Positions 21,048 to 28,898 of a stretch of DNA of 64,000 bases are shown piece by piece. Location: the NCBI GenBank assembly GCA_017395065.1, contig JAFPWH010000002.1, forward strand, positions 2,156 through 66,155, written 5' to 3'. The notes beneath the pieces were generated by a model. The model made no database searches. It was not told where the DNA came from and saw only the letters and a list, made by a program, of their open reading frames with translations. The position numbers and the translations under genes were made by a program. This DNA comes from Clostridia bacterium. GTDB taxonomy: Bacteria; Bacillota; Clostridia; Christensenellales; Aristaeellaceae. Within the stretch, counting starts at the first letter, position 1. Every line of letters begins with the position of its first letter.

Positions 21048-22070
21048 ATGCGCGTGAGCGGCTACAAACCGCCATTTCACATGACGGATAAAATGACGTC
21101 GCTGACTGCGGACATCTGCGAATTGGCCGGCAGGATGAGCGTTTTGCAGCCGGGCACTTTCAGCCCCCGCCTGCGGCGCATAAACCGCATCCGCACGATC
21201 CATTCCTCCCTTGCGATCGAACAGAACACCCTCGCGCTTTCGCAGGTAACGGCGATTTTGGACGGCAAGCGCGTTCTTGGCAGCCCAGACGAGATCAGAG
21301 AGGTGCAAAACGCCTATGCGGCCTATGAAATGCTGCCGCGCCTCGACCCGCTCAATGTGGACGATCTTCTGAAAGCCCATGCGCTCATGATGGACGCTCT
21401 CACGGCGGACAGCGGCGCTTTCCGCTCGGGCGCAGTGGGCGTCTTCGACGGAAACAGGCTGATCCACATGGCCCCGCCGGCTTCGTTCGTGCCCGGGCAG
21501 ATACACGATCTGCTTTCCTGGTATCGGGATTCCCGGCTGCATCCGCTGATCAAAAGCGCCGTGTTTCACTATGAATTCGAATTCATCCATCCCTTCTCGG
21601 ACGGCAACGGGCGCATGGGGCGGATGTGGCACAGTTTGCTTTTGAGCAAGTGGAAGGAACTCTTCCTGTGGCTGCCGGTGGAGGAACTGATCCGCTCCCA
21701 TCAGCAGGAATACTACGCGGCCCTTCGCGCGGCGGACGCGCAAGCGGACAGTTCGGGCTTTGCGGAATTGATGCTGGAAATCATACTGGCCGCGCTGGAA
21801 GGACTTGCGCGCGAAGTGCTTTTGACCGACCAAGTTACCGACCAAGTTACCGACCAAGTTGAAGCGCCGGAGGAAAGGCTGCTGAGCGCGCTTGGCGAAG
21901 ACACGCTTTCTGCTCGCGAGCTGATGGCGCGTCTGGGCCTTTCGCACAGGCAGACTTTCCGTAAAAACTACCTCGACCCGGCGCTGGAACGCGGCCTGAT
22001 CGAACGCACGGTTCCCGATAAACCCAACAGCAAAAATCAGAAGTACAGAAAAATCAGATCAAAGCCCTGA
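21048..22070 (+). CDS. Fic family protein (Fic/Doc AMPylation-type domain) with a C-terminal winged-helix-like region
   Basis: Fic motif 'HPFSDGNGRMGR'. RBS AGGAGG. Start ATG 21048 or GTG 21054. In-frame 12-bp x3 repeat encoding TDQVTDQVTDQV at 21823-21858. Confidence 0.85.
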   Translation: MRVSGYKPPFHMTDKMTSLTADICELAGRMSVLQPGTFSPRLRRINRIRTIHSSLAIEQNTLALSQVTAILDGKRVLGSPDEIREVQNAYAAYEMLPRLDPLNVDDLLKAHALMMDALTADSGAFRSGAVGVFDGNRLIHMAPPASFVPGQIHDLLSWYRDSRLHPLIKSAVFHYEFEFIHPFSDGNGRMGRMWHSLLLSKWKELFLWLPVEELIRSHQQEYYAALRAADAQADSSGFAELMLEIILAALEGLAREVLLTDQVTDQVTDQVEAPEERLLSALGEDTLSARELMARLGLSHRQTFRKNYLDPALERGLIERTVPDKPNSKNQKYRKIRSKP

Positions 22071-22227
22071 CGCCGGAAAGACGCGGCGGCAGGCTTTTCA
22101 TATTTTACAAACTTTTAATACAAAAATTGTCTCGTTTTTTGTCTCCCGATTGTCTTTATATACAGAGCAGAAAAAAACGATCCCGCGCGTACGGAAATCG
22201 GGCGGCGCGGGGCGCGGAAAGGATTTC

Positions 22228-22758
22228 ATGAGCAGCGAGCGCGAAGACGGGCTGTTTCTCGACGAACTGTACGACAAATATGCCTCCGTCATGTTCAGAA
22301 CGGCCCTGCGCTTCGGCGTAAGCGAGGCCGCGGCCGAGGACATCGTGTCCGACGGCATGCTTTCGCTCATGAAAAACGTGTCCACGCTCAGGAAGCTGGA
22401 CGGCAAAAAGCTTTCCGCCTATATCGTTACTGCGGTGCGCCGCGCCGCCATCAACCGCATAAGCCGCGACACGCTGCGCCGCGACAGGGAAAAGAGGGCC
22501 GCGCTCTCAAGCCTGTACAGAGCGGACGAGGCGACCGACCCGTACGACGCCGGGGCGGGGGACGAGCTGGACAAGGTCGTCGAGATCATTGAGCGCCTGC
22601 CGCCCCGCGAAAGGGCTTGCATAAAGCTAAAATACCTGCTGGACAAAAGCAGCGCGCAGATCGCGCTGGAGACCGACCTGAGCCCCGGGAGCGTGCGCAA
22701 ATACATAAGCCGGGCGCTCAAACGCATACGAAAAGAACTGGAAGAAAGCGGGGTGTGA
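22228..22758 (+). CDS. Sigma-70 family (ECF-like) RNA polymerase sigma factor
   Basis: 176 aa. Region-2-like N-terminus (LYDKYASVMFRTALRFGVSEAAAEDIVSDGMLSL). Region 4 HTH (LPPRERACIKLKYLLDKSSAQIALETDLSPGSVRKYISRALKRIRKEL). Confidence 0.8.
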   Translation: MSSEREDGLFLDELYDKYASVMFRTALRFGVSEAAAEDIVSDGMLSLMKNVSTLRKLDGKKLSAYIVTAVRRAAINRISRDTLRRDREKRAALSSLYRADEATDPYDAGAGDELDKVVEIIERLPPRERACIKLKYLLDKSSAQIALETDLSPGSVRKYISRALKRIRKELEESGV

Positions 22759-22762
22759 AACG

Positions 22763-24271
22763 GTGAGCCGAAACAAAGACAGTCTCGGGGAAAGACAGCT
22801 CGAAGCGCTCATACGCCGCGCCCTGAAGCGCGAGGAGGCGCGCCGCAGGGAAGAGACCGCCCCGGAAGGCGGCTTCGAACCCACGCGCAGGCAAAAGCAG
22901 CGCGCCTATAAGCTGTACGCGGAAAAGCTCAGAGCCGAGCGCGAAGAAACCGATTATGCGCAAAAGCGACCCGTAAGCGGCCTTTTCCGCCTCACGGCGG
23001 CGCTCGCGGTCACGGCCGCGCTCGCGCTTCTGACCGCGCTTTGCCTGCCGACGATCAAAACCCTGTTAAACGGCGGACGGGAGGACACGACCGCGGACGC
23101 CGCCTTCGGCGTTGCCACCGCACAGCCCGTCGACGGCGCGCCGGGCGAGCAGGGCGGGGACGTGCAAGAGGAAGAAGAGACCCCGGAGGAAGGCGAAGGA
23201 TCGGACGGAAAACAACACACGCGCCCCTCTCCGAAAATCGTCTCCGTCACGGGAAAGCCCGCGTCTTCGACGCCCACAGTCACGCCTGCCGCGACGCCTG
23301 CGATCACGCCGACCGTGACCCCGACGGTCGCGCCGACTGCGACCCCAACGGTCACGCCGACCGCGACCCCAACGGTCACGCCTACAGCGACGCCCACGGT
23401 CACGCCGACTGCGACCCCGACAGTCACGCCGACCGCGACGCCTACGCCCACGCCGGCCGCGACTCCCACGGCCGCGCCGACCGCGACGCCCACGGCCACC
23501 CCGACGCCCGCGCCGTTCTTCCTGATCGAAAACCGCCAGTATTTTACATTGATCGAGCTTTATCTCCGGCAGGGGAATTATGCGACGATAAATAACCGCA
23601 TTTACCAAAGATACGTCACCGAGGGCGAAAAGGCGGTGGTTTACCTGCGCGATGAGGATCTGAGCCGCGAAGGTATGTTTCAGATCAGCGCGTCTTTCAG
23701 AGGGCATATGTGGACAAAGCCGCAATACGCTACGCTGTATTCGAACTGGCCTGACGTCGATTTAAGCGAACTTACGGGCCGCAAGCTCGTGATCTATGAG
23801 GACGAGAACAAGAAACCGGCCTGCAGGATCGAGGAATTGACGGACGAAGAAAGAGCGCAGTACGCAGTCCCTGCGGCAAAGCCCACGGCTTCGCCGACGC
23901 CTCCCGTGGACGGCACGATCCCGGAAAACTGCTTCCGGCTGCGCTATACCGCGACGAACGGGTATTACAGCCTCGCCGAACTGTACCTCTGGCAGGACGG
24001 ATATGCTTCGGGCACGAACCGTTTGAGTGCCTTTTTGAGCTACGGCAGCGAAACGTTTATCGCGCTCACGCAGGAGGACCTCGAAAGGGGCGGAACGTTT
24101 ACGGTAAGGGCCTGCTTCGTCCGGAAAAACAATTACAGGGGCGGGCATCCGGACATCCCGGCCACGAGCATCTCGGACACGTATTCCATAGAGCTCGAAG
24201 CGCTGATCGGCCGCACGCTGGTCATCAAAAACGGGAAGGACAGCGACAGCGTCATTTTTGAAATAGAATAG
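22763..24271 (+). CDS. Putative single-pass membrane anti-sigma factor with a Pro/Thr-rich linker and two extracellular beta-rich domains
   Basis: GTG start 4 nt after the sigma stop (translational coupling). Basic cytoplasmic N-terminus. TM helix (LFRLTAALAVTAALALLTALCL). (TPTVTPTA)n linker. Two C-terminal ~110-aa domains related to the C-terminal domains of the three downstream S1 paralogs (end motif 'IGRTLVIKNGKDSDSVIFEIE'). Confidence 0.55.
   Translation: MSRNKDSLGERQLEALIRRALKREEARRREETAPEGGFEPTRRQKQRAYKLYAEKLRAEREETDYAQKRPVSGLFRLTAALAVTAALALLTALCLPTIKTLLNGGREDTTADAAFGVATAQPVDGAPGEQGGDVQEEEETPEEGEGSDGKQHTRPSPKIVSVTGKPASSTPTVTPAATPAITPTVTPTVAPTATPTVTPTATPTVTPTATPTVTPTATPTVTPTATPTPTPAATPTAAPTATPTATPTPAPFFLIENRQYFTLIELYLRQGNYATINNRIYQRYVTEGEKAVVYLRDEDLSREGMFQISASFRGHMWTKPQYATLYSNWPDVDLSELTGRKLVIYEDENKKPACRIEELTDEERAQYAVPAAKPTASPTPPVDGTIPENCFRLRYTATNGYYSLAELYLWQDGYASGTNRLSAFLSYGSETFIALTQEDLERGGTFTVRACFVRKNNYRGGHPDIPATSISDTYSIELEALIGRTLVIKNGKDSDSVIFEIE
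23270..23520 (+). repeat. In-frame ~24-bp tandem repeats encoding the PT-rich linker
   Basis: ACGCCGACCGCGACCCCAACGGTC-like units repeated about 10 times. Confidence 0.8.
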
Positions 24272-24291
24272 CGGAAAAAGGAGGAATTTGA

Positions 24292-25302
24292 ATGAGAAAA
24301 TGGACGATCTTCTGGCTGATCGCGGCGCTTTTGTGCCCGTGCGCGGCGCTGGCGGCGGGCTTCACCTCGGACGCGCAGGCGATCAACGCGGCCTGCCAAA
24401 GCGTGGTGAAGCTGGACGCCTACGACGAAGAGGACAGGCTGATCGCAAGCGGCAGCGGCTTTGCGGCCTTCGACGCAGGCTGCCTCGTGACGGACTGCCG
24501 GCTGCTGGCAGGCGCGGCGCGCCTTCAGGCGACCGACGATACCGGGACGGTCTACGCCCTGAAAAGCGCGCTGTGCACGGACGAAGCCGTCGGCGCTGCG
24601 ATACTGCTGTTCGACGGGGAGACGGCGCTGACGCCGCTCAGGCTCAGCGAAGAAAAGACCGTCTACCGCGGCTCGCCCGTGGCGGCGATCTGCTCTCCCA
24701 AGGGCTATGCCAACAACGTCTCCACGGGCAACGTGAGCGCCGTGACGACCGACGAAAACGGCTTAACACGCATCCGCTTCAACGCGCCCGTGTCCGCGGG
24801 CGGCGCCGGCGGCGCGCTGATGAACGACGAGGGAGAAGTGATCGGCATGATCGGCGATCCCGCGCCGGGCGCGCAGAACGCCAACACCGCCGTGAGCATA
24901 GCGCACGTTATCGGACTGTATGAAGCGCACAAAGGCGACGAGCCGATCCCGCTTTCCGCCGCGGCGGCAGGCGGGGCGGCGCAAACGCAGGCGCGCGAGT
25001 TCACGCTCAAAAATTCGGCGGGCTTTGCGATGAGCGAGGTCTACCTCTATCCCGACGGCGCGGCCGCCTGGGGCGACGCCCGCAACACTTCCGGCTGGGT
25101 CCAGCGGGAGGCGAGCCTGACCGTCGTCCTCAGCGACGAGGAGCTTTCGGCCCGCACGACCTGGACGTTCAACTTCTGCTTTTACTATAACGGCTGGCCG
25201 TGTTACTTCGAATACACCGGCCTGCGCCTCAAAGACATCCTCGGCCGCACGCTCGTGGTCACGATGACGCCGGGCAAGGTGATCGAAATCACGATCGAGT
25301 AA
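24292..25302 (+). CDS. Secreted trypsin-like (S1 family) protease paralog 1. Catalytic triad fully substituted, so a predicted pseudoprotease.
   Basis: Signal peptide. ~50% identical to paralog 3, but H->R (LVTDCRLL vs LITNCHVI), D->G (AVGAAILL vs GYDIAILL), S->A (GGAGGAL vs GSSGGAL). C-terminal shared domain ends 'ILGRTLVVTMTPGKVIEITIE'. Confidence 0.7.
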   Translation: MRKWTIFWLIAALLCPCAALAAGFTSDAQAINAACQSVVKLDAYDEEDRLIASGSGFAAFDAGCLVTDCRLLAGAARLQATDDTGTVYALKSALCTDEAVGAAILLFDGETALTPLRLSEEKTVYRGSPVAAICSPKGYANNVSTGNVSAVTTDENGLTRIRFNAPVSAGGAGGALMNDEGEVIGMIGDPAPGAQNANTAVSIAHVIGLYEAHKGDEPIPLSAAAAGGAAQTQAREFTLKNSAGFAMSEVYLYPDGAAAWGDARNTSGWVQREASLTVVLSDEELSARTTWTFNFCFYYNGWPCYFEYTGLRLKDILGRTLVVTMTPGKVIEITIE

Positions 25303-25429
25303 AGCCTTCCCCTCCGGGGAAGGTGGCTCGCCGCGGGCGAGACGGATGAAGTCGCCCCCGCACCCCACCGCGCAGATCCCAAAGAACACAACAATCCATA
25401 ATCCGCAAAAAAAAGGAGGAACACGATCC

Positions 25430-26917
25430 ATGAAACGTATCCTTTCGGCGCTGCTGGTGCTCATGCTGGCATTCGCCGCGCCCGCCGCGCTTTCCGGGCA
25501 GCCCTTCGCCCGCGATTACGCGGCCATGAATGAGGCCGCCGCGAGCGCGCTGATCCTGACTGCCTACGACAAGGACGGAAACGAAACCGTCACCTGCAGC
25601 GGCTTCATCGCCTTTGACGACAGCCACGCCGTCACGACCTGGGCGGCGGTCAGTCAGGCAGCGTCCCTCAAAGTCGTGGCCGACGACGGAACGGACCTCG
25701 GAGAAACGAAGGTGCTCGGCTGCGATTCGGACTGCAACCTCGCCATCCTTGCCTTCGGCGAGCCCACGGGCCTTCAGCCGCTTGCGTTCAACGAAAGCGG
25801 CGAAGTGCGCAGGGGCGCGTCCTGCGTCAGCATCGGCGCGCAGGACGGCGTGAACGCGATCAACACCGGCAACATTTCAAACAGCTTCAGCGCGGAGGGG
25901 CTGGACCTGATCCAGTTCACCGCGCCCGTCGCGGAAGGCGTTTCGGGCAGCGCGCTGCTGAACGAAAACGGCCTGGTCGCGGGCGTCACGATGTTCGGCC
26001 TGAGCGGCGAGATCGGCTACACCGTGGTGCAAAACATGAACTTTGCCCTGAGCGTCCGCCACGTCACGGAGCTCTGGGACTACTGCAGGGACGACGAGCC
26101 GGTGGAATTGAGTAACTGGGGCATAACCGATATCGGTGTGCACAGCGATGAAGTCTCCGACCTCGTAAAGTCGCGGGAAGTCACGCTCGTGAACGACAGC
26201 GGGTACAGCGTGACGGATTTCAGGGTCAACGTCGGACGTTCCTCTGTCACACTGGGAGGCTGGTTCAAAAACGGCGAAACCGCTACGCTCGACCTTGCGA
26301 AGCTCGGCGACGACCCTGAAACAGTTGTCGAAGTGATATTCTATATGCGGGTTTCCGGTCGCAGCGAGCAGTTCAACGTAATGACCACGCTGGGCGAATT
26401 GTGGGAGCAAACCTACAGCATCGAAGCGCACAGCGGCTACGGTGTGAAACCTGACTTCGTGCGCAGGGAAGCCGAAAACGCGCCTTCTTCCGAGCGCCGC
26501 CACATTAAAGAAGCGGTGCAGACAGAAGAATCGTTCACGATCCCCGAAACCATCGAGCGCGAGCACAATCTCGAAAAAAACACCTGTATCATCATAAACG
26601 ACACGAAGTTTGCCATTACGTACATCACGATGTCTGCCGAAGGCGTCTACGTAAGCCTGCTTTCGGAGCGCGTTGAACCCGGCGAATTTGCCGTTGTGGA
26701 ACTGCCGGAGCGTTTTGTGAACAATGGCGGCAAGCTTCGCTGGAAATTCAGAGTGGGTTTCGATTCCTCCGCTTACGGTTCCTGGTCGGCCTGGCTGGAC
26801 ATGGATACAAAAAACGAGAACGAGTTGTGCGGGCAAATTCTGCACGCCGAATACGATGAAAAAACCAGACAATTCAGCTTCGCAGCTCATCCGTCAAAAG
26901 GAGGCGACATAGAATGA
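25430..26917 (+). CDS. Secreted trypsin-like (S1) protease paralog 2 with two extra C-terminal domains. Triad His and Asp are substituted.
   Basis: RBS AAGGAGG; signal peptide. 'AVTTWAAV' replaces the His motif. 'DCNLAIL' gives N in place of the catalytic D. 'GVSGSALLNENG' retains Ser. The stop overlaps the start of paralog 3 (ATGA). Confidence 0.65.
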   Translation: MKRILSALLVLMLAFAAPAALSGQPFARDYAAMNEAAASALILTAYDKDGNETVTCSGFIAFDDSHAVTTWAAVSQAASLKVVADDGTDLGETKVLGCDSDCNLAILAFGEPTGLQPLAFNESGEVRRGASCVSIGAQDGVNAINTGNISNSFSAEGLDLIQFTAPVAEGVSGSALLNENGLVAGVTMFGLSGEIGYTVVQNMNFALSVRHVTELWDYCRDDEPVELSNWGITDIGVHSDEVSDLVKSREVTLVNDSGYSVTDFRVNVGRSSVTLGGWFKNGETATLDLAKLGDDPETVVEVIFYMRVSGRSEQFNVMTTLGELWEQTYSIEAHSGYGVKPDFVRREAENAPSSERRHIKEAVQTEESFTIPETIEREHNLEKNTCIIINDTKFAITYITMSAEGVYVSLLSERVEPGEFAVVELPERFVNNGGKLRWKFRVGFDSSAYGSWSAWLDMDTKNENELCGQILHAEYDEKTRQFSFAAHPSKGGDIE

Positions 26918-27948
26918 AACGACTGATTTCGACATTGCTTGTTCTGACGGTTTTGTTTTCCTGTTCCGCATTCGCGGCGGGCTATTCCCTCGATCCGGAC
27001 GCCATCAACGAAAGCGCGCAGTCGGTCATGCTGCTGGCAGTATACAACATCGCAGACCGGCTCATCGGCACGGGCAGCGGCTTTGTGGCGTTCTCGGACG
27101 AATACCTGATCACCAACTGTCACGTGATCCGGGACGCGGACGTGATCGTAGCTTACACGGACAGCGGAGAAACACGCATGATCAACCGTGTATTATGCGC
27201 CGACGAGGGATACGACATCGCCATACTGCTCTTTGACGAGGCGTCAGGCGTAAACCCGCTCGAACTGTACGAAGGGGAAACCGTGCGCGGGGAGAGCGTC
27301 GTGGCCATCGGAAGTCCCATCGGCTTTAAGAACACCGTCTCGATCGGAAATCTCTCCTCCGCCGGAGAAGACGAAAAGAGCGGGTACTTACAGTTCACTG
27401 CGCCGATTTCCTCCGGCTCCAGCGGCGGCGCACTGCTGAACGACGACGGTTTGGTCATCGGCATTACCAGCGCCACGCGCGCGGGCGAGGACACGCAGAA
27501 CATGAATTTCGCGGTGAGCATCAAGCACGCCGTCGAACTGTACAATGCCCACAGCGCGGATGAGGCCGTGGATCTCAAAAACTGGCGGGACGTAAATTAC
27601 GGCGAAAAACGCAAGCAGGAGAGGACCGTTCCCGACGCCCGCGAATTCACGATGCGAAACTATGCTGGCTTCTCCATCAGCGAGATCTACCTCTATCCCG
27701 AGGGTTCCTCCAACTGGGGCAAGGTCAAGAACACGAGCGGCTGGCTGTACAAAAACGAAAGCATGGTCATCAGGGTGACCGACGAGGAGGCCGCGGCCGA
27801 TACGCTGTACAACCTGAACTTCTGCTTCTACTACAACAAGTACCCGTGCTACATGCAGTACGAGGGCATAGACATCGCCGAGATCCTGGGCCGGACGATC
27901 ACGATCTACCTGGACAACGGAAACACGATCCGCGTGGAGATCGAATAG
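26914..27948 (+). CDS. Secreted trypsin-like (S1, DegP-like without PDZ) serine protease paralog 3 with an intact catalytic triad
   Basis: His 'LITNCHVI', Asp 'EGYDIAILLFDE', Ser 'GSSGGALLNDDG'. C-terminal shared domain '...FCFYYNKYPCYMQYEG...ILGRTITIYLDNGNTIRVEIE'. Confidence 0.75.
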   Translation: MKRLISTLLVLTVLFSCSAFAAGYSLDPDAINESAQSVMLLAVYNIADRLIGTGSGFVAFSDEYLITNCHVIRDADVIVAYTDSGETRMINRVLCADEGYDIAILLFDEASGVNPLELYEGETVRGESVVAIGSPIGFKNTVSIGNLSSAGEDEKSGYLQFTAPISSGSSGGALLNDDGLVIGITSATRAGEDTQNMNFAVSIKHAVELYNAHSADEAVDLKNWRDVNYGEKRKQERTVPDAREFTMRNYAGFSISEIYLYPEGSSNWGKVKNTSGWLYKNESMVIRVTDEEAAADTLYNLNFCFYYNKYPCYMQYEGIDIAEILGRTITIYLDNGNTIRVEIE

Positions 27949-27990
27949 GATCGGCAGATGCCGGAAAAATGCGGGATCAAAGCTTATAAA

Positions 27991-28031
27991 GAAGCGCGCC
28001 GCGGCGATCTGTGCCGCGGTGCGCCTTTTAA
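27991..28031. terminator. Bidirectional rho-independent terminator between the convergent protease-3 and BI-1 genes
   Basis: gcgcgccgcggc...gccgcggtgcgc stem (one mismatch) flanked by A/T runs on both sides. Confidence 0.6.
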
Positions 28032-28049
28032 AGCTTACGGTGTTTTTTG

Positions 28050-28745
28050 TTACTTCCTGTTTTTGTTCAATATCTGCAAGAGCCGCAAAAACAGGTTGAT
28101 GATGTCGAGATAGAGGTTTGCGGAGGCGGCGATGGCGTTGTTGACCGTGCAGGCGCACACGTTGCATCTTGCCCAGTCGAAGCCGATGAACATCGCAAAC
28201 AGCCCCGCGCCCAGGTACGCCCAGACGAGCTCCATGCGGGAGGAGCGGAACAGAAGCAGCGTGATCAGTTCGCCCACGATCAGTATGATCAGCCCGACGC
28301 CCAGCGCGCGGCCGATGGACAAAAACAGGTTCGGGAAGATGCTTCCGAGCACCACGAACACGGCGGTGATGATCGCCGTCATCAGCACGGCGGTCGAAAT
28401 GACCGAGCTGGGGTAGCCCTGCAGCGCCACGCACAGGATCAGCCCCACCGGCAGCGCGATCAGGTTGTAGCCGATGAAGGAAGTGACGGGGTTGTCTCTG
28501 CGCACGAGTACCGCGCCCAGGATCACGCAGACCAGATAGATCAGGAGGATCGGGAGCGCGCCGCCGTTCATCGCAAATTCGCTTACTTTTTCGCCCAGCA
28601 GCTTCACCATCAGAAAGTTGAGCGCAAAGCCCCAAAGCAGCAGGCCGCCGATCAGCAGGTTGTATACCCTGCGGCTGACGGCGATGTCGTTTTCCTTATA
28701 GGCCTTTCGTTCCTCGAGGGCGGCCTTCGTGTTTCCGAATGTCAT
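28050..28745 (-). CDS. Bax inhibitor-1/YccA family membrane protein
   Basis: 231 aa with 7 predicted TM helices. Typical BI-1 profile (..GYNLIALPVGL.., ..GAGLFAMFIGFD.., NIAASANLYLDIINLFL). Confidence 0.8.
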   Translation of the reverse strand: MTFGNTKAALEERKAYKENDIAVSRRVYNLLIGGLLLWGFALNFLMVKLLGEKVSEFAMNGGALPILLIYLVCVILGAVLVRRDNPVTSFIGYNLIALPVGLILCVALQGYPSSVISTAVLMTAIITAVFVVLGSIFPNLFLSIGRALGVGLIILIVGELITLLLFRSSRMELVWAYLGAGLFAMFIGFDWARCNVCACTVNNAIAASANLYLDIINLFLRLLQILNKNRK

Positions 28746-28898
28746 TTATTATCTCTCCTTTTTGCCTCGTTTGTGTTTTGCAAAAGTGCTTACACTATAT
28801 TATACGCGAAAGAAAGCGAATTGTACACAGTTTTCTCTTGATTTTTTTCGCTTTTATGCTATTATATAATAGACTATATATTAAGTGAGGTGCTTCCT

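Noticed and set aside
23270-23520. Possible CRISPR array (regular ~24-bp repeats); also 42440-42780
   Set aside because: The repeats are contiguous with no unique spacers, are in-frame inside long ORFs, and encode PT-linker and coiled-coil peptides. No cas genes nearby.
28890-28898. GTG start for gltX three codons upstream
   Set aside because: The ATG at 28899 has better spacing to the GAGG RBS and gives the canonical MEVRTRFAPSPTG N-terminus.
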